DNA from: a bacterium | GTDB lineage: Bacteria; Patescibacteriota; Minisyncoccia; Moranbacterales; DUUL01 | Direction: 5' to 3' | Length of the DNA: 64,000 bases | NCBI GenBank assembly: GCA_018675685.1 | Contig: JABGXP010000014.1 | Span: 17,288-81,287 of the forward strand | Part shown: piece after piece, positions 47,768 through 58,216 of the stretch | Position numbering within the stretch: the first letter of the stretch is position 1 | How the letters are laid out: the number at the start of each line of letters is the position of its first letter | Program-made: the position numbers and the translations under genes | Notes under the pieces: generated by a model | Told to the model about the DNA's origin: nothing | The model's database searches: none | The model's input: only the letters and a program-made list of their open reading frames with translations

Positions 47768-48964
47768 TTGCTCTTGAAAGTGGCACAAAAAAACAAAAGA
47801 AAATCTATAAAAAAATTGACGTTGATAAACCTAATAGCATTAATGCTTGGTTTACAGCTAGGATTGACTGCATACATCATCTCTACCTTCTTAGAAAAAC
47901 AAGTTGGTGAAAAAGCTGTTGGTTTACTTTTTTTGCTTGGATATCTAATTTCACTGTATGCTTTGATAAAACTGCATACCTTGATTAGAGGGATAGGGAA
48001 ATCACAAACATTTTTTCTTTTTGTGGCTATTACCTGGATTTCATTGCTTGGAATGGGAGCTTTTTGGTTTCACCCAGTAGCTATTTTATTTGCGGTCTTT
48101 TTCTTAGTTGGTGGGTCGATACTTTGGGCAGCTCTTGATGTTTTAATTGAAACTTATTCTGAAGATAAAACAACAGGAAAAACGAGGGGTTTATTTTTAA
48201 CAATTTTAAATACGGGAGTTATTATTGCACCTCTTATCTCAACCTGGTTGGTCCAAACTTACGAAAATGGATTTCAACTAGTTTTTTATACAGCCTCCTT
48301 TTTTGTTTTCATCCCTTTAATTATATTGGCAATATTTTTCTCTGAACGTAAATGTCACTTGGAAAAGAGAAGGAAAGATTTTTCAATCGTCAAAGAACTC
48401 TTAGAAAAAAAAGATGTTGCGAGGATTTACTGGGTCGCATTTTTATTAGATTTATTTTATGCAGTGATGGTTGTTTATACTCCAGTTTATTTGCTGAGTA
48501 TAGGACTTGATTGGCTGGAGATTGGAAAAATTTTTGCAGTAATGCTAATCCCTTTTGTTGTTCTGCAATACCCCCTCGGACTTATTGCTGATAAAAAAAC
48601 AGGAGAAAAAAACTGGCTTATTGCCGCTCTTGTTGTTATGTCTGTTTCAACAATAAGCATTGGATTTATAGACGTGCCTCATATTGGGACTTGGATGTTA
48701 ATATTATTATCGACTAGAATTGGAGCTGCTACTATTGAAGTCATGAGGGACACTTATTTCTATAAGAAGATTGGGCCAAAAGATATCGAGTTGATGGATT
48801 TTTATAGAACAACAAAGAGTCTGTCATATATCATTGGAATGCCAATCTTTAGCCTATTGTTGTTGTTTTCTCCCCTAAATTATGTTTTCATTGTCCTAGG
48901 AACTGTCATTGGAGTGGGAGTTATCCCTTTGTTTAAACTAAAAGATACTGAAGTTTCTAAATAA
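47768..48964 (+). CDS. MFS transporter
   Basis: ~12 TM helices, GKTRGLFLT, LG.IADKK motif; start uncertain (TTG 47768 or GTG 47780). Confidence 0.85.
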   Translation: MLLKVAQKNKRKSIKKLTLINLIALMLGLQLGLTAYIISTFLEKQVGEKAVGLLFLLGYLISLYALIKLHTLIRGIGKSQTFFLFVAITWISLLGMGAFWFHPVAILFAVFFLVGGSILWAALDVLIETYSEDKTTGKTRGLFLTILNTGVIIAPLISTWLVQTYENGFQLVFYTASFFVFIPLIILAIFFSERKCHLEKRRKDFSIVKELLEKKDVARIYWVAFLLDLFYAVMVVYTPVYLLSIGLDWLEIGKIFAVMLIPFVVLQYPLGLIADKKTGEKNWLIAALVVMSVSTISIGFIDVPHIGTWMLILLSTRIGAATIEVMRDTYFYKKIGPKDIELMDFYRTTKSLSYIIGMPIFSLLLLFSPLNYVFIVLGTVIGVGVIPLFKLKDTEVSK

Positions 48965-49245
48965 ACACACCTAATCTTGGTGCTAGCGTACTTCTTATCC
49001 CTATGTTTTTTGACTAAAGCTTAGCTGTATCTGAGCCACATTCATTTTTATTGATAGTATGTTTGTCTTAAAGCTTATTATTTCAGCTGCACTCTCACTT
49101 CTGCTTAGAAAGTAGAGTCTGGAATTTAAGAGAATCTAAAAAGCACAAAAAGAAGAAAGTCTTTATAAATTTGAATAGATTTGTTATAATTGCATAATAT
49201 AGAAGTTTTTTAAGAGAGTAACTTTAGTCAAAAGAAAAGAATCCA

Positions 49246-49977
49246 ATGTATCAAATTAAAACAAAAGACTTTGAGGGCCCATTGAATTTGCTATTGGTGC
49301 TTTTTGAAAAACAAAAGTTGGACGTCACAAAAGTTTCCTTAGTACAAGTTGCTGATGACTACCTAGCTTTTATTGAAGACGGAAAGAGTGCTGACTTAGC
49401 AAACCTTAGTGAGTTTTTTTTAATAGCTTCTTCGTTACTTTTGATAAAATCTAGGGCACTCTTGCCACTGTTCGAGTTTTCAGTGGAAGAAGAGGAAGAA
49501 ATCAAGGACCTGGAAGATAGGTTGAAAGAATATCAAAAATTTAAACAGGCAGCAGAAAAAATAGAAAGCGTCTATAAACTTAGGAGGGTTTGCTTCTCGA
49601 GAAATCCACGAATAAAATTAAATATTAATTTTATTTCTCCGGAAATTGATCCTGAGAACCTAGGAAAATTATTTGTGGGAGTTTTAAGTGAGATCCCAAC
49701 AAAGAAAGAATTGGCGCAGCAAGTAATGGAAGAAGTTGTAAGTCTAGAGGAAAAAATGCTTCATTTGAAACATTCTATTGAAAAGAGGGCAAAAACAGCT
49801 TTTGAGGAGACTGTCTCTGGGGCAAAGGATAAAATTGAAGTAATCGTTACTTTTTTAGCAATGCTTGAGATGATTAAGCAAAAAACAATCATTGTTTCAC
49901 AAAAACAATTGTTTGGCGAGATTATATTGCAAAACATGGCAGAGGAAATGCCAAAGAGGCAGCGAATGAAATCTTAA
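49246..49977 (+). CDS. scpA: Segregation and condensation protein A (kleisin)
   Basis: FEGPLNLLL, LIKSRALLP, FLAMLEMIK, Q..LFGEI. Confidence 0.93.
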   Translation: MYQIKTKDFEGPLNLLLVLFEKQKLDVTKVSLVQVADDYLAFIEDGKSADLANLSEFFLIASSLLLIKSRALLPLFEFSVEEEEEIKDLEDRLKEYQKFKQAAEKIESVYKLRRVCFSRNPRIKLNINFISPEIDPENLGKLFVGVLSEIPTKKELAQQVMEEVVSLEEKMLHLKHSIEKRAKTAFEETVSGAKDKIEVIVTFLAMLEMIKQKTIIVSQKQLFGEIILQNMAEEMPKRQRMKS

Positions 49978-50001
49978 AATATTTAAGTTGAAAATGTGAT
50001 T

Positions 50002-50559
50002 ATGAATGAGGAATGCGCAAAAATTGAAGCAATTTTATTTGCTTGTGGTGAACCTGTGAGATTTGAGAAATTGGCAGATTTTTTGAAAATTTCAAAAAAA
50101 GAAACGGAAGACGAAATAGGGAAATTGAAAAGTTTTTACCGTGATAATAAAACTGGCTTGCAAATTCTGACTAAAGTCAATACAATTCAATTAGTGTCTG
50201 ATGCGAGATTTGGTGAAGAAATTGCAAAATTTTTGGATAAGAGAATAAACGAGCCTCTTACGAAAGCGGCAATGGAAGTTTTATCAGTGATTGCATATCG
50301 TGGACCAATAACTAGATTGCAAATTGAGCACATCAGGGGCGTCAACTGTAGTTTTATGATTAGAAACTTAGCAATAAGGGGATTGATTGAGAGGGGAGAA
50401 ATTCCAATCAGTTCTCGCTCCTATCAATATCAGGTAAGTTATGATTTCCTCAAAAGCATGGGTTTTGAGGAAATTGCACAGTTACCAGACTATGAACTGT
50501 TAAGTAAAACAGAACTTCAGATTAAAGAGGATAGAAATGAAGAGGGGTCGAATAAATAA
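50002..50559 (+). CDS. scpB: Segregation and condensation protein B
   Basis: IEAILF..GEP, LTKAAMEVLS.IAY.GP.TR, IRGVN, L...GLI. Confidence 0.95.
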   Translation: MNEECAKIEAILFACGEPVRFEKLADFLKISKKETEDEIGKLKSFYRDNKTGLQILTKVNTIQLVSDARFGEEIAKFLDKRINEPLTKAAMEVLSVIAYRGPITRLQIEHIRGVNCSFMIRNLAIRGLIERGEIPISSRSYQYQVSYDFLKSMGFEEIAQLPDYELLSKTELQIKEDRNEEGSNK

Positions 50560-51656
50560 TGAATTTGAAAAAAAGGGGAATGGAATCAAAAACTAATCTA
50601 GTCAATTTCATAAGTGCAACGCTGATTTTAATTTCCGCGTTTGTTTGGTTTAGCTTTTTACCTAGTGTTTCAGCTTGGAGGGAAGCAAAGTTTTCAAATT
50701 TAAAAATTACCGGAGAAGAAGAGAAGGATAAAAGACAGTTGGATTTAAGTAAAGTTAGCAAGGAACGAGAAAAAGACGGAAAAGAGTTTATGACATTCGA
50801 TCAACTAGTGGTATCTGTCCCCGAAGCTCCCGTTAAAGATAAAAGTTTTGGTGAGACGTATATGAGAGCAAGAAGCTCAATCGCTATAGATGCTAATGCG
50901 GGGACAATACTGCATTATCAAAATGGAAATCGGAGAATGGCAATTGCTTCTTTAACAAAGGTTATGACAGCAATCGTGGCAATTGAAAACATTAAGGATC
51001 TGGATAGCGAAATTGTTACTATTGACGAAGAAAGTAGATTTACTGATGGAACTAAGGTTGGGTGTCCTCGAAGTGGGTATTGTATTTCAAATAGATTGCA
51101 AGTTGGAGAAGAAATCAGTTCCAGGGCTCTTCTTGAAGCAATGTTAATGAACAGCGCAAATGATGCCGCGGTGGCGATAGGAAAGCATATTGCTGGTTCC
51201 CAGGCTGAATTTGCAGATATGATGAATAAAAAGGCTCGAGAAATTGGATTAAGCGATACAAATTTTTGCAATCCTTCTGGGCTTGATGAAGAGAGTAAAC
51301 CAGGAGGTTGTTATTCAACGGCATATGACTTTGCAAGAATTTCTGCATATGCTTTAAAACATCCCTTGATTTGGGAAATTATGAAATATGAAACGAAGGA
51401 CATTTCCTGCGTTAATGGAACGATCTCCCATAAAATTATCAATACAGATCTTTTATTGGGGCAACTACCAAATGTTGTTGGCGGAAAAACCGGATTTACA
51501 TATGAAGCAGGAAAATCACTAATGATGGCTGCTCATCATCCGACTGACCAAAATGCAAAAGTGATTGTAGTCGTTTTGGATGATAATCATCGTTGGGAGG
51601 ATATGAAAAAAATGTTCACTTGGGTTTTTGGAGCGTATAATTGGCCAAAAAAATAA
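50559..51656 (+). CDS. D-alanyl-D-alanine carboxypeptidase (peptidase S11)
   Basis: SxxK (SLTK), SxN (SAN), KTG motifs; N-terminal TM. Confidence 0.92.
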   Translation: MNLKKRGMESKTNLVNFISATLILISAFVWFSFLPSVSAWREAKFSNLKITGEEEKDKRQLDLSKVSKEREKDGKEFMTFDQLVVSVPEAPVKDKSFGETYMRARSSIAIDANAGTILHYQNGNRRMAIASLTKVMTAIVAIENIKDLDSEIVTIDEESRFTDGTKVGCPRSGYCISNRLQVGEEISSRALLEAMLMNSANDAAVAIGKHIAGSQAEFADMMNKKAREIGLSDTNFCNPSGLDEESKPGGCYSTAYDFARISAYALKHPLIWEIMKYETKDISCVNGTISHKIINTDLLLGQLPNVVGGKTGFTYEAGKSLMMAAHHPTDQNAKVIVVVLDDNHRWEDMKKMFTWVFGAYNWPKK

Positions 51657-51659
51657 TAT

Positions 51660-52760
51660 ATGATTCTTGCACAAATTCAAACAATTCCAGAAGTATTAGC
51701 AATTTCTAAGGTTTTAATTCTTGCTCTGTTGTCTTTTACTTTAGCGATGGCACTGACACCTCTTCTGGCACACTTTTTATATAAATATAAAATTGGAATT
51801 CAAATTAAAGAAAAGTCAGTCTCGGGTGAAAAACTTTCATATGTTAATAAGATGCACGCTCATAAGAGCGGAACGCCGACAATGGGGGGAATTTTGATTT
51901 GGGGAACAGTTTTCTTTTTAGCCACAACAATGTATTTTCTTGCTCCTTTTTTATCTGAAAAACTACAATGTGTTTGGCTTGGAAGGTTGGATTTTGTGAG
52001 CAGAAGTCAGACTTGGTTACCATTGTTTGCACTTGCTACAACAGCAATGCTGGGTCTTGCTGATGATTGGATGAGTATTAAGAAGATTGGTTCCAATAAG
52101 GGCGGCGGAATGAGATTCGCTTGGAGATTCGCTTGGATGATTGCGATTTCGTTACTTGGAGCTTGGTGGTTCTACAATAAGCTTGGTTGGGATACAATCC
52201 ATATTCCTGCCATTGGAGACTTTATTATAGGTCTTTGGTACATCCCTTTGTTTATTTTTGTGATTGTTTCTACTGCAATTTCTTCAAATGAAACAGATGG
52301 ATTGGATGGTTTGAACGCGGGAATCTTAGCACAAGCTTTTGTTGTTTTTGCAATAATCTCTGTCTTTCAAGACAAGATGAACCTAGCAGCTTTTTGCGCC
52401 GTTGTCGCAGGTTCGATAGTGGCATTCTTATGGTTTAATTTTTATCCAGCAAGGTTCTTTATGGGTGATACAGGTGCAATTTCCTTAGGCGCTACCTTAG
52501 GAGTTGTTGCAATCTTAACTGATTCTGTCATTGCGCTCCCTTTTGTTGTTAGCATTTATTGTTTTGAATCAATTTCCGTTGTGATTCAAATGTTTTCAAA
52601 AAAGTTTTTCAAAAGAAAGGTTTTTTTGGCGGCGCCTATTCATCATCATTTTGAGGCGAAGGGTTGGCATGAAACAAAAGTTACAGTGAGGTTTTGGATT
52701 ATCAATGCAATTATTGGACTAGTCGGTTTGATTATTGGAATTGTTGGTTCTGGATTATAA
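51660..52760 (+). CDS. mraY: Phospho-N-acetylmuramoyl-pentapeptide transferase
   Basis: HKSGTPTMGG, GLADD, N.TDGLDGL, FMGDTG, APIHHHFE. Confidence 0.97.
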   Translation: MILAQIQTIPEVLAISKVLILALLSFTLAMALTPLLAHFLYKYKIGIQIKEKSVSGEKLSYVNKMHAHKSGTPTMGGILIWGTVFFLATTMYFLAPFLSEKLQCVWLGRLDFVSRSQTWLPLFALATTAMLGLADDWMSIKKIGSNKGGGMRFAWRFAWMIAISLLGAWWFYNKLGWDTIHIPAIGDFIIGLWYIPLFIFVIVSTAISSNETDGLDGLNAGILAQAFVVFAIISVFQDKMNLAAFCAVVAGSIVAFLWFNFYPARFFMGDTGAISLGATLGVVAILTDSVIALPFVVSIYCFESISVVIQMFSKKFFKRKVFLAAPIHHHFEAKGWHETKVTVRFWIINAIIGLVGLIIGIVGSGL

Positions 52761-52793
52761 AGAGGTGCTAGAATTTAAAATAACTTTAAAAAG

Positions 52794-53738
52794 ATGAAGT
52801 CAAAAGAAAAGCTTTTATCGATAGTTGTTCCGATATATAACGAGGGTGAGAACGTAGAGAAGTTGCACCAGGAGGTTTTGTCTGCAATAAAAAAAAATAA
52901 GCTAAATGCCGAAATTATCTTTGTTGATGATGGAAGTTCTGATAATACAGTCAAACTAGCAGAGAAATTAACGCCGTTGAGATTGATTGTCTTTCGGAGA
53001 AATTTTGGACAGACAGCTGCTATGGATGCTGGGATAAAAGCTGTTAAAGGTGAAATTGTTGTCACGATGGACGGCGACTTGCAAAATGATCCCAACGACA
53101 TTCTTTTGCTTCTAGAGAAGATGGACGAGGGCTTTGACATTGTTTCTGGCTGGAGAAAGAACAGAAGAGATCCTTTCATGAAAAAACTTCTTTCTCGGGG
53201 AGCTGATAAGTTGCGAAAAACCTTAATTAATGATCAAATAAATGATAGCGGTTGCTCCTTAAAAGCTTATAAAACAGAGTGTTTTGAGAATGTTGATTTA
53301 TACGGCGAGATGCACAGATTTATTCCAGCAATTTTGAAAATTAAAGGTTTTAAAGTGGGGGAAGTAGTTGTGAGCCATAGACCAAGGATAGCAGGCGAGA
53401 CAAAATACACCTACACACGACTTGCAAAAGGACTTTTGGATTTAATCGGAGTTTGGTTTTGGCGAAAATATGCAAATAGACCACTCCATCTTTTCGGAGG
53501 AATTGGTTCGATTATGGGGTTTGTGGGAACACTAATCCTAATTTGGATGGCAATTGAAAGGGGAATCTTCGGCAATCCAATTGGTGATCGAATTTGGCCA
53601 GTGATCGGAGTACTATTTGTGGTTCTGGGAATCCAATTTTTTGTATCAGGAGTGATTGCAGATATTGCGGTAAAGACCTATTACACAGCAAAAAAAGAAA
53701 CCGTTTATCTAGTAAAAGACGTGATTGAAAATAAATAA
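52794..53738 (+). CDS. Glycosyltransferase family 2 (ArnC/DPM1-like)
   Basis: SIVVPIYNE, VDDGSSD, RNFGQTAA, MDGDLQND, two C-terminal TM helices. Confidence 0.93.
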   Translation: MKSKEKLLSIVVPIYNEGENVEKLHQEVLSAIKKNKLNAEIIFVDDGSSDNTVKLAEKLTPLRLIVFRRNFGQTAAMDAGIKAVKGEIVVTMDGDLQNDPNDILLLLEKMDEGFDIVSGWRKNRRDPFMKKLLSRGADKLRKTLINDQINDSGCSLKAYKTECFENVDLYGEMHRFIPAILKIKGFKVGEVVVSHRPRIAGETKYTYTRLAKGLLDLIGVWFWRKYANRPLHLFGGIGSIMGFVGTLILIWMAIERGIFGNPIGDRIWPVIGVLFVVLGIQFFVSGVIADIAVKTYYTAKKETVYLVKDVIENK

Positions 53739-53761
53739 AGATTCAGGATAGAAAGAATTTC

Positions 53762-53790
53762 AGTACCCATGGCTGCAGCTATGGGTACTT
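53762..53790. terminator. Near-perfect palindrome / probable terminator
   Basis: AGTACCCATGGCTGCAGCTATGGGTACT. Confidence 0.55.
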
Positions 53791-53913
53791 TGCAGCTCTT
53801 CTCTTGAAAAGTAGCCAAAAGTACGCTATAATGTAGCTAGTTGATTTTGAAAAACATGAAAGAAGATAGCGAAAACAAAATCACGTGTTTAAGAAATAAA
53901 TTGCATAAATAAA

Positions 53914-54300
53914 ATGTCGATAGGAGCATTTCTTTGGGGGATGCGGCTTATTTTGTTGATTGGATTTATGGGGGCAGTCGGAATGATTTTTTCGTTCGCT
54001 CCATATTTTGATGCAAAGTCGCTTGAAGTAAACTATTTTGTGATAGGATTATTTTATTTATTTCTATTCCTATTTTTAATGGGAATGTTTTCACTTTTCC
54101 TATTCAAACTCAAGGGTTCTAGTGGAAAAGATGATGAAATAAAAACCAATGTCAGAGTTTCATTCCGCCAAGGCTTTTTTCTTAGCGTAATGGTACTGAT
54201 TCTTTTGCTGTTGCAAAGTTTTCGTGTTTTAGTTTGGTGGGATGGTCTTTTGGTTGTAGGAGCAGTCTTAATGGCAGAATCATATTGTTTAGTTAGATAG
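53914..54300 (+). CDS. Hypothetical 4-TM membrane protein
   Basis: Hydrophobic helices; SFRQG..L and LQ..RVL.WW pattern. Confidence 0.7.
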   Translation: MSIGAFLWGMRLILLIGFMGAVGMIFSFAPYFDAKSLEVNYFVIGLFYLFLFLFLMGMFSLFLFKLKGSSGKDDEIKTNVRVSFRQGFFLSVMVLILLLLQSFRVLVWWDGLLVVGAVLMAESYCLVR

Positions 54301-54348
54301 AAATTTATCGATTTTAATTAATAAGAAGGGGTGTAATAAAAAGAAAAA

Positions 54349-56343
54349 ATGGTACAGAAAGAAAGATCAAGTAAAGAATATACCGCGAAGTCTATCCAAG
54401 TCTTGGAAGGATTGGAGCCGGTTCGAAAGCGTCCAGGGATGTATATCGGTGGAACATCGCTCGAGGGTTTACATCATTTGATTTGGGAAATTGTTGCGAA
54501 TTCGATTGATGAGGCAATGGCGGGGTATGGAAAATACATAGAAGTTGTTATCGGTAAGGATAACATGGTCACAGTTTCGGATAAGGGTCGTGGGATCCCA
54601 GTTGATAAGCATAAACAGACAGGATTAACAGCTCTTGAAACAATCTTTACAAAACTGCATGCAGGAGGAAAATTTGGTGGAGACAATACCGGATATAAAG
54701 TTTCCGGAGGTTTGCATGGTGTGGGTGCTTCAGTGGTTAATGCACTTTCCGTGATGACTCGAGCTGAAATTCACAAGGGTGGGAAAATTTGGGTACAAGA
54801 GTATTCGAAGGGAATAACACTTGCAAAAGTCCAAGCTGTTGGAAAAACTGATAAAACCGGATCTATTATTTCATTTGTACCAGACCCAGAAATTTTTCCA
54901 GAAATTGAATGGAGTTGGAAAACAGTCGTTGATTATCTTAGACAACAGGCATATTTAACAAAAGGGGTTCACTTCAAACTAGTTGATGAGCGTTTTGAGG
55001 ATCCAAAACAAAATCAAAGTATCGGTTTTTGTTTCGATGGAGGAATCCGCTCTTTTGTGCAATTTGCAAATCGCAAGAAAGATATCGTAAATCCAACAAT
55101 TTTCTATGTTGAAAAAGAAAAGGATAATATGATTGTGGAAGTTGCAATGCAATATCAAGATACTTTCAAGGACAAAGTCTCTTCTTTTGCAAATAATATA
55201 CCAACAATTGAAGGTGGGATGCATGAAACCGGCTTTAGGTTTGCGCTAACAAGAACAATCAATGATTACGCTAGAAAAAATAATATTCTAAGAGAAAAGG
55301 AGAATAATCTAACCTCAGACGATGTACGAGAAGGTTTGACGGCTGTGGTTTCTGTGAAGTTGCAAGACCCACAATTTGAGGGACAGACAAAATCAAAGCT
55401 TGGAAATTCAGAAGCCAGAACGATTACTAGTTCGGTTGTTTCTGAAAGCCTTATTGAATATTTTGAAGAAAATCCACAGGATGCGAAGATGATTATTATG
55501 AAAGGGTTGATTTCTGCGAAAGCCCGACTTGCTGCAAAGGCTGCAAAGGATGCTGTTGTGAGAAAAGGAGTTTTAGAGGGTATGACTCTTCCAGGAAAAC
55601 TTGCAGATTGTTCTTCGAGGGATGCTTCAAAGACAGAATTATATATTGTAGAGGGAGATTCTGCTGGTGGAAGTGCAAAGCAAGGAAGAAACAGGAGAAC
55701 ACAAGCAATTTTGCCATTAAAGGGAAAGATTTTGAATGTTGAGAAGGCGAGATTGGATAGGATGCTTGCTTCTCAGGAAATTAAGTCGCTCGTGATTGCA
55801 TTGGGTGCAGGGATTGGTGATCAGCTTAATTTTGACAAACTGCGATATCATCGGATTATTATCATGACAGATGCCGATGTCGACGGTTCTCACATTAGAA
55901 CACTCCTTTTGACTTTGTTCTATCGTCATTTTGAAGAATTGCTAAAACGTGGATATATTTATATCGCTCAACCACCTTTATTCCAAATCAAAGAAGGAAA
56001 AAAAGAGCATTATGTTTATACAGACGAGGAAAAAGAACGTGTTTTGAAAGAAATTGCAAAAAGAAAAGGCGCTTTGGTTGATGGAGAGATTGATGAAGAA
56101 AATGAAGAATTTAAGAAGATTGCTGGAGTTGGAATTCAACGATACAAGGGTCTTGGGGAAATGAACCCAACACAACTTTGGGACACAACAATGAATCCAG
56201 AAACTCGTGTAATGTTGCAAGTTTCGATTGAGGATGCCGAAAAAGCAGACGAAGCTTTCACGGTCTTGATGGGTAGCGAAGTTGCACCAAGGAAGAAGTT
56301 TATTCAATCTCATGCAAATAAAGTCCAAAACTTGGATGTCTAA
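54349..56343 (+). CDS. gyrB: DNA gyrase subunit B
   Basis: VRKRPGMYIG, LHAGGKF, SGGLHGVG, VEGDSAGG, PLKGK, MTDADVDG, QRYKGLGEM. Confidence 0.97.
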   Translation: MVQKERSSKEYTAKSIQVLEGLEPVRKRPGMYIGGTSLEGLHHLIWEIVANSIDEAMAGYGKYIEVVIGKDNMVTVSDKGRGIPVDKHKQTGLTALETIFTKLHAGGKFGGDNTGYKVSGGLHGVGASVVNALSVMTRAEIHKGGKIWVQEYSKGITLAKVQAVGKTDKTGSIISFVPDPEIFPEIEWSWKTVVDYLRQQAYLTKGVHFKLVDERFEDPKQNQSIGFCFDGGIRSFVQFANRKKDIVNPTIFYVEKEKDNMIVEVAMQYQDTFKDKVSSFANNIPTIEGGMHETGFRFALTRTINDYARKNNILREKENNLTSDDVREGLTAVVSVKLQDPQFEGQTKSKLGNSEARTITSSVVSESLIEYFEENPQDAKMIIMKGLISAKARLAAKAAKDAVVRKGVLEGMTLPGKLADCSSRDASKTELYIVEGDSAGGSAKQGRNRRTQAILPLKGKILNVEKARLDRMLASQEIKSLVIALGAGIGDQLNFDKLRYHRIIIMTDADVDGSHIRTLLLTLFYRHFEELLKRGYIYIAQPPLFQIKEGKKEHYVYTDEEKERVLKEIAKRKGALVDGEIDEENEEFKKIAGVGIQRYKGLGEMNPTQLWDTTMNPETRVMLQVSIEDAEKADEAFTVLMGSEVAPRKKFIQSHANKVQNLDV

Positions 56344-56392
56344 AGTTGAAAAATTTAGGTTGAGTATTTAGATAAAAACTAAAAAATAAAAG

Positions 56393-56758
56393 ATGAAAAT
56401 AAAAAACAAAATCATTCCCATTTGTTTAATCGTTGTCATTGCAATATTAGTTAAAAATTTTGAAGGCTTGGTCTCTGGTGAAATAGTGCATAAGTTTTTG
56501 AAAATGATAATTTTTCCAGAAAAATTTGAAATAGTTTTTTCAGTTCTACAATTGATTTGTGTAATCTTTTTTCTTCTAAGTGTGCTTGTTTCAATAATTT
56601 CTGGCCCAATGTATTTTTTTGTGAGAAAAGACATTGTAAAATCTAAGATGGTGAAAAAATATATTAAATATTCAGTATTAGGTCTTTTCGGGTCTTTTGC
56701 TCTGTATCTATTAGTAATTTTGATAAGAATTTTTGTTTTTGGTGGTACATTGCAATAA
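56393..56758 (+). CDS. Small membrane protein, TrbC/VirB2-pilin-like
   Basis: Signal-like N-terminus plus TM hairpin IISGPMYFF.RKD..K.K..KKYIKYSVLGL. Confidence 0.55.
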   Translation: MKIKNKIIPICLIVVIAILVKNFEGLVSGEIVHKFLKMIIFPEKFEIVFSVLQLICVIFFLLSVLVSIISGPMYFFVRKDIVKSKMVKKYIKYSVLGLFGSFALYLLVILIRIFVFGGTLQ

Positions 56759-56790
56759 TATTCATAGTTTTTTATAATTTTACTAGTCTG

Positions 56791-56848
56791 TAATATTAAA
56801 AATTAAAATAAAAAAAAATGAAAGTAGCCATTAATGATTTTGGTTGGA
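56791..56848 (+). repeat. Copy of the gap 5' leader and first 10 codons (partner 57176-57231)
   Basis: TAATATTAAAAATTAAAAT(A)nTGAAAGTAGCyATwAATGrTTTTGGTyGGA; 4 substitutions plus a 2-nt poly-A length difference. Confidence 0.9.
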
Positions 56849-57171
56849 CAGTGAAAGCAAAAATGATAATTTTAGGCGCATTGTTTATTTTTCAGGCTAA
56901 GGTTGCAAATGCGAGTATCACTTTAGACCGGCTCTTTGAGTATACATGGTTTGAGTCGGCATTTCATATCATGCAATGGGCACTTTTAATTTTTTTATGC
57001 ATTTTCTCCCTTCTAACATTTGTTTTTGCAATATCGTTAATTTTTTTTAGAAAAGACATTGAAAAAGAAAAGTTCATAAGAGGTAAAGCATTAGTTGCTG
57101 CTATTTCTTCTGTCATCTTAAGTTTTATTTATGCATTTACTACATTTCTAGCACCAATGATTAGTAATTAA
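56818..57171 (+). CDS. Small membrane protein, pilin-like, with GAPDH-derived N-terminus
   Basis: MKVAINDFG then signal-like segment (ANA) and two TM helices; FFRKDI shared with the 56393 ORF. Confidence 0.6.
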   Translation: MKVAINDFGWTVKAKMIILGALFIFQAKVANASITLDRLFEYTWFESAFHIMQWALLIFLCIFSLLTFVFAISLIFFRKDIEKEKFIRGKALVAAISSVILSFIYAFTTFLAPMISN

Positions 57172-57200
57172 TTTATAATATTAAAAATTAAAATAAAAAA

Positions 57201-58199
57201 ATGAAAGTAGCTATAAATGGTTTTGGTCGGATTGGGCGACCTGTGTTGAAGATTTCACTGGAGAATCCCAATGTTGAGGTTGTAGCAATCAATGATCTGG
57301 GGGAGCTGGAAACTCTTGCATATCTCTTGAAATATGACACTTCTTATGGTGTTTATTCAAAAGACGTACAAATTAAAGATGGAAACCTAGTTGTGAATGG
57401 AAAGGAAATCAAGGTTTTCAGTGAAAGGGACCCCAAAAAGCTTCCTTGGAAGGAATTGGGTGTTGACGTGGTGTTTGAGTGTACAGGCATCTTCAAGGAC
57501 CGAGAGAGTGCTTCTGCACATCTTGATGCTGGAGCAAAGAGAGTTTTGATTTCAGCTCCAACGAAAGATAAAAGTTTAAAGACTATAGTTTTGGGTGTAA
57601 ATGAAAAAGAGATTATGGATGGTGACCAAATTCTTTCGATGGCATCTTGTACTACAAATTGTATTGCTCCAATTATGAAAGTATTGGAGGATAAATTTGG
57701 AATCGAGAAGTCACTGATGACAACGATCCATAGCTATACTTCAACACAGTCGCTTATTGATGGACCTTCAAAGAAAAAGCTTCGAGAAGGGCGAGCAGCA
57801 GCTCTTAATATCATTCCTTCAACAACAGGGGCTGCGATTGCTGCAGGAAAAACAATTCCAGCATTGAATGGAATTTTTGACGGGATGGCTTTCAGGGTTC
57901 CAACTGCGGTTGGCAGTGTGAGTGATGTTGTTGCTGTCTTGAAAAAAGATGCGACAGAAGAAAAAATAAATGAAGCACTTGAAGAAGCTTCAAAAGGAGT
58001 GATGAATGGAGTGATGCTTGTAACAGATGAGCCACTTGTTTCACATGATATTGTTGGAAGCAGTTATTCTGTGATTGTTCAGAAAGAACTTACAAAGGTC
58101 GTGGGAGGGAATATGGTGAAAATTGTAGGATGGTATGACAATGAATGGGGATATTCAACAAGATTAGTTGATTTGGCGGTCAGATTGTTTCATAAGTAA
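57201..58199 (+). CDS. gap: Type I glyceraldehyde-3-phosphate dehydrogenase
   Basis: INGFGRIGR, ASCTTNC, IIPSTTGAA, GMAFRVPT, WYDNEWGYS. Confidence 0.98.
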   Translation: MKVAINGFGRIGRPVLKISLENPNVEVVAINDLGELETLAYLLKYDTSYGVYSKDVQIKDGNLVVNGKEIKVFSERDPKKLPWKELGVDVVFECTGIFKDRESASAHLDAGAKRVLISAPTKDKSLKTIVLGVNEKEIMDGDQILSMASCTTNCIAPIMKVLEDKFGIEKSLMTTIHSYTSTQSLIDGPSKKKLREGRAAALNIIPSTTGAAIAAGKTIPALNGIFDGMAFRVPTAVGSVSDVVAVLKKDATEEKINEALEEASKGVMNGVMLVTDEPLVSHDIVGSSYSVIVQKELTKVVGGNMVKIVGWYDNEWGYSTRLVDLAVRLFHK

Positions 58200-58216
58200 A
58201 AAACAACAATACATAT

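Noticed and set aside
48965-49245. 280-bp gap between the MFS gene and scpA as possible ncRNA or pseudogene
   Set aside because: Only very short ORFs, with no convincing stem system or recognisable RNA motif.
52112-52137. 12-bp tandem repeat GAGATTCGCTTG x2 in mraY
   Set aside because: In-frame two-copy repeat (RFAW RFAW); not a contingency locus.
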